A program made the translations under genes and the position numbers. A stretch of 32,000 nt of DNA from Planctopirus limnophila DSM 3776 (GTDB taxonomy: Bacteria > Planctomycetota > Planctomycetia > Planctomycetales > Planctomycetaceae): positions 3,390,001 through 3,422,000 of the forward strand of contig NC_014148.1 of NCBI RefSeq assembly GCF_000092105.1, written 5' to 3'. The notes under the pieces were generated by a model that saw only the letters and a list, made by a program, of their open reading frames with translations, searched no databases and was not told the origin of the DNA. This document shows positions 25,181-32,000 of the stretch, one piece after another (within the stretch, counting starts at the first letter, position 1; every line of letters begins with the position of its first letter).

Positions 25181-26917
25181 ATGATCTTCATGATTCCGAC
25201 AACTCTCCGCCGCTCACTTGCCAATTGGGGCGTCCGTACCATGCTCGCTCTCGGGGCTCTGTCCTCGATGAGTGTTGCCCATGCCGCTATCGGCGACGCA
25301 GTGAATGCTCATCTTAATGCGGGCGAATTTGGACAGGCGACAGATCTCGCACTGACATCAAACTCACCCGAAGAACGCACGGCACTCTTGCAGCAAATTG
25401 CAGCTGCCCAGGCCGCAACGGGTGAATTCCAACCATCCCGCGTCACACTCAGTCGCATCAGTGATCGCACCGCCCGGCAAGCTGCCCGTCGCGCTGCGGC
25501 TGGGGCCACTCATGCCGGTGGCGGGTTGCAGCCAGACTTCCGCACACTCGAACTCATCATCATGGAAAACACCAGTGCGACCAACTGGGATGAAATCGAT
25601 GGTGGCGACGGTGCCATTACTCCATTCCCGACAGGTGTTCGTGTCGATGGTCGCGGCCTGCTGGAACGGCAGACACAAGTGACCAGCACCGCCCTGAAGG
25701 CACTTCGCGAAAATGTTCGTACCCCGGCTGTAAATCAGGAACTTCAACAGTCCAGCGGCTTGCGTCTGGTTTCTTTGAAGCGACTCGAGCAGGCCGTTGC
25801 TCAGCGTCTTGAAGATGGACTGCCAGTTCCTGAATCGATGAGCCGATTTGCCGGCCTGACCTCCATTGAATATGTCTTCGTCTATCCCGAAGACAACGAT
25901 ATTGTGGTGGGTGGCCCGGCTGAAGGCTGGTCTGTCGATGCTGCGGGACGAGCGATTGGAACATCCAGCCAGCAACCTGTCCTCAGCCTGGATGATTTCG
26001 TCACTGTGCTGCGGGCCTACTCCCAGGGGACTGCTGATTTCGGTTGCTCGATCAATACTCGTGAAGCCGGTGTGAAAGCTCTCATGGAGTATGCCGAAAC
26101 TTCTCAGCAGAAAGGGCCGCTGGCTCCTGCTGCTGTGAAGAGCTGGGTCAATCAGCTTCAGAAAAAGCTGGGCCGTCAGGATATTGTGGTCTGGGGTATC
26201 CCAGCCGACAGCCATGCTGCCCGGACTCTGGTTGAAGCGGATTATCGCATGAAACTGGTCGGCGTCGATCAACTGGATCTCGCCAAGGAAGTTCCCAGCT
26301 ACTTCGACCTGCTCCCCGCTTCGCTGCAGAAGAATGGCTCGATGGATGCCCTCCGCTGGTGGCTGACACTCGATTGCCAGAGCATTTCGCACTCGCCAGA
26401 TCGCGATACCTTCCAGCTTGCTGGAACAACCGTGAAATGCCAGTCGGAGAATCAGCTCCTCACAGCCGATGGTAAGCACCTGCCCACAGGTCTGTCAGAG
26501 GCCACGAACCGCCAGTTTGCCGAAAACTTCACCACCAATTACGACACACTCGCTGCCAACGATCTTGTCTTCGGAGAAGCGAAGAATATCTTCGAACTGG
26601 CCATGGCTGCGGCCATCATCACTCATGAAAAACTCGATCAGAAAGTGAACTGGAACTTCGGTGTCTTTGCCGCTGGCGAAAGCTATGACCCCGCTCACCT
26701 GCCAGCCCCCACAGAAGTCGATTCGGTGGTCAATCACCGTGTCTACAATGGGAAAAACATTGTTGTTCAGGTCGCTGGTGGTGTCCGGGCCAATGCTGCC
26801 CAGATGGTTGGCGACAAAAACCGTCAGCAACTGTCACCACGTCTTGAAACTGTCTCCGAAGCAGCTGCTCGACCACAATTGCCGGAAGGTCGCTGGTGGT
26901 GGGATACTGCCCGCTAA
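25181..26917 (+). CDS. secreted hypothetical protein, possibly the planctomycete DUF1598 family
   Basis: The signal peptide reads MIPTTLRRSLANWGVRTMLALGALSSMSVAHA|A. The segment GGGLQPDFRTLELIIMENTSATNWDEIDGGDGAITPFPTGVRVDGRGLL resembles the GG..aDF..Li.lI..T....W pattern I associate with planctomycetal secreted proteins. The ORF is otherwise unrecognised and well formed at about 570 aa. The start is the ATG at 25181 or 25190. Confidence 0.65.
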   Translation: MIFMIPTTLRRSLANWGVRTMLALGALSSMSVAHAAIGDAVNAHLNAGEFGQATDLALTSNSPEERTALLQQIAAAQAATGEFQPSRVTLSRISDRTARQAARRAAAGATHAGGGLQPDFRTLELIIMENTSATNWDEIDGGDGAITPFPTGVRVDGRGLLERQTQVTSTALKALRENVRTPAVNQELQQSSGLRLVSLKRLEQAVAQRLEDGLPVPESMSRFAGLTSIEYVFVYPEDNDIVVGGPAEGWSVDAAGRAIGTSSQQPVLSLDDFVTVLRAYSQGTADFGCSINTREAGVKALMEYAETSQQKGPLAPAAVKSWVNQLQKKLGRQDIVVWGIPADSHAARTLVEADYRMKLVGVDQLDLAKEVPSYFDLLPASLQKNGSMDALRWWLTLDCQSISHSPDRDTFQLAGTTVKCQSENQLLTADGKHLPTGLSEATNRQFAENFTTNYDTLAANDLVFGEAKNIFELAMAAAIITHEKLDQKVNWNFGVFAAGESYDPAHLPAPTEVDSVVNHRVYNGKNIVVQVAGGVRANAAQMVGDKNRQQLSPRLETVSEAAARPQLPEGRWWWDTAR

Positions 26918-26958
26918 CCAACTCTTGGCCTGATTCCAAAAACAGGCGTAAAACAATT

Positions 26959-26999
26959 CACAGCCCTGGAACTGAAATCGATTCAGTTTCAGGGCTGTG
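26959..26999 (+). terminator. Rho-independent terminator between convergent genes
   Basis: An 18-bp stem with one G-U pair, CACAGCCCTGGAACTGAA with TTCAGTTTCAGGGCTGTG, and a loop of about 5 nt. It is followed by TTGTTTG. Confidence 0.75.
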
Positions 27000-27076
27000 T
27001 TGTTTGCCAGCCTGCATCCTCACAAACGATTCACAGCCGCAAGGTTCCCACTTTTCGGCAACCTCATCTTTATCTT

Positions 27077-28927
27077 TCAGCCCAGAGAAATACGCTCATC
27101 CGGGTAACGATAGACCACCTGGCTCGCTGAACCTGCCAGAGCCACCACCAATGTGACAGCGCCAATGCGGCCAATGAACATCGTTGCAATCAATGCCAGT
27201 TGCGACAGGGGCTTCAGACTCGGCGTAATCCCCGTGGAAACACCGACGGTCGCGAAGGCACTTGTGGCTTCATAAAAATGATCGAGAAACAGTGTAGGTT
27301 TGTTCTCCACGATCACCAGGATCAACGTGCAGCCAATAATCGCTGTCAGTGACAAGGCCACAATCGACAAGCCACGCAGAATCTGTTCCTGAGGGATCGT
27401 GCGGCCTCCCGCTTCAATATGACTCTTCTGCTGAAGGACTGACCTCAATGTCAGGATCGCTACAGCAAAACATGTCGTTTTGATCCCCCCACCTGTCGAT
27501 CCGGGGGACGCCCCGATAAACATCAAAACAATACTTATAAGTTTGCTGGCTGGAGTTAACTGTGAATGATCCATGGTGTTAAAGCCGGCTGTTCGTAACG
27601 TGACCGAATGGAACCAGGCATTCGCAATCTGTTGCCAGATCGTCTGGCCCGCCACAGGACGCCCCAGCTCTGTCAGAAACAGTACCACAGCTCCACCCAC
27701 AAGGAGTGCGATCGTCACTCGAAAGACAATTCTGGTCGTTAAGGAAACCCGCATGCGGCCTATCGAAGGCGAGATTTTCTGAGGCATGAAGATTTTCAGA
27801 AATTGATGGCTGGCAATCTCTCGCAAATTGTGGAGTGGCCCAAAGCCGATCCCTCCCAAAATGATGAGCAGGGCAATTCCGCCCCAGACTTCTGGTCGCA
27901 GTTCCCGCCCGATCAGGCCCTCGGCATGCAGACAAAAGCCGGCATTGCAGAATGCACTGACCGAATGAAACACGCTGTAAAAAATCTGTTCGCCCAGAGG
28001 CAAATGGCTCCACAATCCGGAAATCGCCACCGCACCCACGAGTTCGATGGCCAGCGTAAAGGCAATGATGTCCTTAATCAGCCCCGAAACATCGCCCAGT
28101 CGATCAGATTCGAGAAGATCTCGAAAAGTGGCAGCTTCCCTGGCAGCAATGTTGCGAGTCACAACCAGCGCGATAAATGCTCCAAACGACATGACGCCCA
28201 GTCCACCGGCCTGAATCAGACCCAGAATGACGCACTGGCCCGTCCGGCTCCAATATGTTCCTGGGTCAACCACATTCAACCCAGTCACACAGCAGGCACT
28301 GGTGGCGGTGAACAAAGCTTCGAGCCACGTTGCTGGTGGCAAGCCTTCGGGTCGGCAGCGAGGCAGCATTAACAGCAGTGTGCCACTGAAAATCAGCAGG
28401 AGAAAACTGGCCACAAAAACTAAGGCCGGGCTCAAACCGGCTTCGGTCGACCAGCGGATCAGTCGAATCAGCGAGGAAATCCCTCGCAAGAGCCCAAATA
28501 ATTCCGTCCAGAAAATCATCCCCTGACCGGGGCCGTGAGTCCCTGCAATTTCTTCCTGAATGACTTCCATCGTCGCTGTAGGAATGGAAAAGGCGATGGC
28601 GCCAAGAAACCAGATCAACGTAATGGTCACGAGGAGCGCGTGAGATCGCAGAAAGGTCGATCGGGTTCGACTCCACCAATACCGTACTGGCAATGTCACC
28701 ACGGGTAATGCCAGGCAGGCTGCGGTCAAACCCAGGAGCCACCAGTTGGAATTGGTCAGTTCCTGCCCGGGTAAGCTTTCCTTTTGACGGACAAACCCCT
28801 GGTCACTTAACACCAGCACCAAGGCCACTAAACCACTCAGCCATTCAAGCAGGATCAAAGCCCGATTGAGGCGCGGATGAAGCGACGTACTGTCGTCAAA
28901 CTGAAACGGGAGCGAGGGCATGTTCAT
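27077..28927 (-). CDS. TrkH/KtrB-family K+ (cation) transporter with an N-terminal extension
   Basis: Four pore-loop-like motifs typical of Trk/Ktr/HKT transporters are present: TATSACCVTGLNV, HSVSAFCNAGF, SVTLRTAGFNTMD and TSAFATVGVSTGI. LIQAGGLGVMSF and GASPGSTGGGIKT are also present. The track start is a TTG at 28945; I prefer the ATG at 28927 or 28921. Confidence 0.85.
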   Translation of the reverse strand: MNMPSLPFQFDDSTSLHPRLNRALILLEWLSGLVALVLVLSDQGFVRQKESLPGQELTNSNWWLLGLTAACLALPVVTLPVRYWWSRTRSTFLRSHALLVTITLIWFLGAIAFSIPTATMEVIQEEIAGTHGPGQGMIFWTELFGLLRGISSLIRLIRWSTEAGLSPALVFVASFLLLIFSGTLLLMLPRCRPEGLPPATWLEALFTATSACCVTGLNVVDPGTYWSRTGQCVILGLIQAGGLGVMSFGAFIALVVTRNIAAREAATFRDLLESDRLGDVSGLIKDIIAFTLAIELVGAVAISGLWSHLPLGEQIFYSVFHSVSAFCNAGFCLHAEGLIGRELRPEVWGGIALLIILGGIGFGPLHNLREIASHQFLKIFMPQKISPSIGRMRVSLTTRIVFRVTIALLVGGAVVLFLTELGRPVAGQTIWQQIANAWFHSVTLRTAGFNTMDHSQLTPASKLISIVLMFIGASPGSTGGGIKTTCFAVAILTLRSVLQQKSHIEAGGRTIPQEQILRGLSIVALSLTAIIGCTLILVIVENKPTLFLDHFYEATSAFATVGVSTGITPSLKPLSQLALIATMFIGRIGAVTLVVALAGSASQVVYRYPDERISLG

Positions 28928-29175
28928 GCTGCAAGAAGATAGCAAATTTTCGATTCACTGGTGATGCCATTTGAAGTTCGTCTGTCCACAGCAACTTCCC
29001 ATCAAAAAACACCGATGCTTGCATCTCTCCCATGAACATGTTTAGTTATCAGCAGATTAACCCTGCTTCCACTCTCAGTTGCCGGCGTTTGTCGTGATCC
29101 GTGGTGCTGAACAGCCAGCGGGCCATGAGCGCCTCCAACTGAATCCTCCGATCTTTCTCTCCAGGAATCTGCCTC

Positions 29176-30675
29176 ATGATTGGTTCAAAATTCGTTCCGC
29201 ATTCGATTGAAACTGCTGGGAAAACAAGCACCCGCTCTCGAAGCTGGCTGGTGGCGGCAACTTGTGCTGTCTTGTCCGTGGCTTCTTTGCCCTCTGCCAT
29301 GGCTGATGTCAAGTTGCCATCAATCTTCAGTGACAACATGGCCCTTCAACAGGGCGTGCCTCTCAAGGTCTGGGGTTGGGCCGACGAAGGCGAAGATGTC
29401 ACCGTCACGATTGGTTCCAACTCAGCGACCACCAAAGCAGCGGGCGGTTCATGGAAGGTCGAGTTACCGGCCATTGAGAAGTTCGGCCCGACAACATTCA
29501 AAGTCGCCGGCAAAAACACCATTGAACCTAAGAATGTGATTGTCGCCGATGTCTGGGTCTGCTCGGGTCAGTCGAATATGGAGTGGACTGTCTCGCGTTC
29601 CATGAACCCCAAAGAAGAAATCGCAGCGGCCAAGTATCCTGGAATTCGTGTCTTTATGGTGCCGAAGGTGGCTGCCAATCAACCACAAAAAGATATCAAC
29701 GCCAAGTGGATCGAAGTCAGCCCCGAGACTATTAGCAACGTGACAGCTGTCGGTTATTACTTCGGCCGCGACCTTCATCAGAAACTTGATCGACCTGTGG
29801 GGTTGATTAACGATGCCTGGGGCGGAACGCTGTGCGAAGCCTGGACCAGCGCTGAAGCCTTGGCTGCCGATGCCGACTATGCAGATATCCTCAAGCGGGG
29901 TGAAGCTGCCAACAACGATGAAAAGCAGAAAAACGGCCCCAACCGCCCTTCAGTTCTCTACAACGGCATGATTGCACCGATCGTTCCCTTTTCGATCAAA
30001 GGAGCGATCTGGTATCAGGGTGAATCGAACGCCGGCCGTGCCGAACAGTATCGCAAACTGCTCCCCACCATGATTGCTGACTGGCGGAAGCAATGGGGAC
30101 AAGGTGATTTCCCCTTCTATGTCGTCCAACTTGCCAATTATCTCGCCAAGACCCCAGAACCTGTCGAAAGTGCCTGGGCTGAACTTCGCGAAGCTCAGTG
30201 GCTGACTGGCAAAAATGTCCCCAATGCAGGCACAGCCATTATCATCGATATTGGTGAAGAAAAGGATATTCACCCTCAAAACAAACAGGATGTCGGCAAG
30301 CGACTGGCACTATTGGCTCTGAAAAACACATATGGCAAAGATGTCCCTTCGCAGGGCCCGGTCTACAAATCGATGACCGTAGAAGGCAACAAAATCCGTC
30401 TGGCGTTCGATCATGTCCATGGCGGGTTGAAAGTGGCTGGCGATGAACTCCGCAGCTTTGCCGTTTGCGGCGAAGACAAAAAATGGGCCTGGGCCAAAGC
30501 GTCGATTGATGGCGATACCGTCGTGCTGGTCGTCCCTGACTCGATCACCAAGCCCGTCGCTGTCCGCTATGCCTGGGCCAATAATCCCGATGCGACTCTG
30601 TTCAACGCAGCCGGTTTGCCAGCCGTCCCTTTCCGCACCGATAACTTCCCCGGCGCCACCACCGGCAAGAAGTAG
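29176..30675 (+). CDS. secreted SASA-family carbohydrate esterase (sialate O-acetylesterase-like)
   Basis: The signal peptide ends SLPSAMA|DVKLPSIFSDNMALQQG. The family block is VWVCSGQSNMEW. Other matching segments are WGGTLCEAW, IKGAIWYQGESN, FYVVQLANY, DIHPQNKQDVGKRLA and VRYAWANNP. Confidence 0.85.
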   Translation: MIGSKFVPHSIETAGKTSTRSRSWLVAATCAVLSVASLPSAMADVKLPSIFSDNMALQQGVPLKVWGWADEGEDVTVTIGSNSATTKAAGGSWKVELPAIEKFGPTTFKVAGKNTIEPKNVIVADVWVCSGQSNMEWTVSRSMNPKEEIAAAKYPGIRVFMVPKVAANQPQKDINAKWIEVSPETISNVTAVGYYFGRDLHQKLDRPVGLINDAWGGTLCEAWTSAEALAADADYADILKRGEAANNDEKQKNGPNRPSVLYNGMIAPIVPFSIKGAIWYQGESNAGRAEQYRKLLPTMIADWRKQWGQGDFPFYVVQLANYLAKTPEPVESAWAELREAQWLTGKNVPNAGTAIIIDIGEEKDIHPQNKQDVGKRLALLALKNTYGKDVPSQGPVYKSMTVEGNKIRLAFDHVHGGLKVAGDELRSFAVCGEDKKWAWAKASIDGDTVVLVVPDSITKPVAVRYAWANNPDATLFNAAGLPAVPFRTDNFPGATTGKK

Positions 30676-30728
30676 ACCGGCATCACAACTCGCAGAATGA
30701 TCAGTAGTTTGCTGGTCAGCATGAACAC

Positions 30729-30770
30729 GACAGGCCACATACTTGCCAGCAGTATGTGGCCTGTCTTTTT
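30729..30770 (+). terminator. Rho-independent terminator downstream of the esterase
   Basis: A 15-bp perfect stem, GACAGGCCACATACT (30729-30743) with AGTATGTGGCCTGTC (30751-30765), and loop TGCCAGC. It is followed by TTTTT (30766-30770). Confidence 0.85.
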
Positions 30771-30917
30771 GTCAGCCGGCGCTCTCGGATACGCATCCCA
30801 GAAAACAATTGCGTGCAAAGAGTCGATCAAACATGCTCGCTCCGAGCCACAAGCTGGGCACTCAATGCGCCCTTGTATCCGGGAGTTCGTATGAAAATAG
30901 GCACTGATTGAAAAGCC

Positions 30918-32000
30918 TCACGAGAGCTTTTGACGAACAGCTTTCAACAGGTTGTAGAACAGTTCCATCGAAGCTTCGACCTGCTCGCTGGTGATCACCA
31001 GTGGCGGACTGACACGCAGTACGCACTTGGAAAGCGGGCCCAGCAGATGAATCCCGTCGCCCCAGGTTCCATCACTTTGAAGCCCATGGCCTTGATAGCA
31101 GCCACTGACAATCGCTGCTGCGACTTCTGCAGGAGCCAGTCCTGCAAATGGGGCGCATTCGATCCCATATACCATCCCCTCGCCACGGACATACGAAGTT
31201 AACCCGGTCTCTTTCAAACGATTCAGACCGGCCAACATCCGTGGTTCCATTTGCCGCACATGGCTCATCAAATCACGCGACTCGAATTCATCCAGCGTGG
31301 CGACAACCGCAGCACAGGAAAGTGGATTTGCACTCCATGTGTCACTCAACTCGCCATAGGGGAGCATCTTCATCCATTTCGACGAGCCCGCCACGGCTGC
31401 CACGGGAACACCATTCCCCAGCCCCTTACCCAGCACGACAAAATCCGGTTCGACTCCGTACTTCTCAAAAGCGTACATCGAGCCAGTGCGGCCAAAATTG
31501 GCTTGAACCTCGTCAAAGATCAGCAGGATGTCGTGCTCCCTGCAGAACTGCTGCAGCAACTGATGGTATTCGCGCGGAGGATGATAGCTCCCGCCACCTC
31601 CCAGATAAGGCTCAGTAATCAGACACCCGATCTTCGAACCATATTCGGCCCAGATCGACTCCAGTTCCTTTCGATAGACCGTCAAATCGATGGGAGCGGC
31701 TGCCGACTGATCTCGAATCTCTTCGCGGGGAAAACCAATGAAACGCACCCGAGGATCTCGTTCCCGATCACTTTCAGAGCCAGTCACGGCATTGGAAAGA
31801 CCTTTCTTGCCGTGATATCCATAACGCGTGGCAAGAATCATGGGCCTCGATGGATCGCGATTCAGGCACACCCACAGGGCTTTATGAACGGCTTCTGAAC
31901 CAGAGGCTGCCCAGGCAATTGTCTCCAGTCGTCTGCCGAGTGGTGTCTGTTGCAGACTTTTCACCAGACGTTCACAGGCCAGCACTTCAATCGAAGTCAC
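30918..32000 (-). CDS. class-III PLP-dependent aminotransferase. The C-terminal 360 aa are present and the 5' end lies beyond the right edge.
   Basis: Matching segments: AASGSEAVHKAL, YHG, ITEPYLGGGG, LLIFDEVQANFGRTGSMYAFE, and VLGKGLGNGVPVAA, which carries the Schiff-base Lys candidate. Substrate specificity cannot be called by eye. Confidence 0.85.
   Translation of the reverse strand: MTSIEVLACERLVKSLQQTPLGRRLETIAWAASGSEAVHKALWVCLNRDPSRPMILATRYGYHGKKGLSNAVTGSESDRERDPRVRFIGFPREEIRDQSAAAPIDLTVYRKELESIWAEYGSKIGCLITEPYLGGGGSYHPPREYHQLLQQFCREHDILLIFDEVQANFGRTGSMYAFEKYGVEPDFVVLGKGLGNGVPVAAVAGSSKWMKMLPYGELSDTWSANPLSCAAVVATLDEFESRDLMSHVRQMEPRMLAGLNRLKETGLTSYVRGEGMVYGIECAPFAGLAPAEVAAAIVSGCYQGHGLQSDGTWGDGIHLLGPLSKCVLRVSPPLVITSEQVEASMELFYNLLKAVRQKLS

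Noticed and set aside
25364-26479. 371-aa ORF on the minus strand
   Set aside because: It is entirely antisense to the well-formed secreted-protein gene (25181-26917). The composition is Arg/Gly/Ser-rich, as is typical of antisense frames in moderately GC-rich DNA. It has no motifs, SD or signal of its own.
29049-29339. 96-aa minus-strand ORF overlapping the esterase start
   Set aside because: It overlaps the signal-peptide region of the SASA-family esterase gene on the opposite strand. It has no SD and no motifs.
1-32000. Search for tRNA, rRNA, transposase/integrase genes, terminal inverted repeats, CRISPR arrays, toxin-antitoxin pairs or defence-system hallmarks
   Set aside because: I found no T-loop (GGTTCGAATCC-like) cloverleaf candidates outside CDSs. 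I found no DDE, tyrosine-recombinase or serine-recombinase motifs, and no spacer-repeat arrays. There are no small paired ORFs typical of toxin-antitoxin modules, and no nuclease, ATPase or helicase clusters beyond dnaB. The window appears to be core chromosome.

Overview
The window reads as chromosomal core genome with no mobile DNA. By eye it is about 50-55% GC. The gene content suggests a Planctomycetota-like organism: a giant PQQ-like beta-propeller protein, S/T/P/A/Q-rich secreted proteins, an orphan ECF sigma factor, a DUF1598-like protein and a GATase1-like protein. That taxonomic call is inference only.

Gene order from left to right:
- A partial GATase1-like gene (-).
- asnB (+), convergent with an ECF-type sigma factor (-).
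- A 577-bp AT-rich spacer.
- 7Fe ferredoxin fdxA with a clean terminator.
- A hypothetical protein with a possible SAM-methyltransferase fold.
- A secreted tandem-SH3b, disordered and coiled-coil protein, directly followed by mreB-mreC-mreD.
- A long minus-strand housekeeping block: rplY(ctc)-pth, then rpsF-ssb-rplI-dnaB, plus a tightly coupled HSL-family esterase. No rpsR is present in this block.
- A 613-bp repeat-containing spacer.
- A 1645-aa double beta-propeller protein.
- A UbiA-family prenyltransferase.
- A small PKAEE-repeat lipoprotein.
- mutM.
- A secreted DUF1598-like protein.
- A KtrB/TrkH-type K+ transporter with an extra 4-TM N-terminal module.
- A SASA-family (sialate O-acetylesterase-like) esterase.
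- A partial class-III aminotransferase.

I found no tRNA, rRNA, CRISPR array, transposase or integrase. I see no convincing self-contained novel system such as a defence island, toxin-antitoxin pair or biosynthetic cluster.

The most follow-up-worthy items are:
- The SH3b protein plus mreBCD arrangement, which has no mrdA/rodA.
- The giant two-propeller protein with its neighbouring UbiA gene.
- The N-terminal 4-TM, S4-like extension on the K+ transporter.
- The rpsR-less rpsF operon, with a hairpin leader and a 20-bp tandem duplication.
- The repeat-rich 613-bp spacer at 16265-16877.

All functional calls rest on motif recognition by eye. No searches or computations were run.
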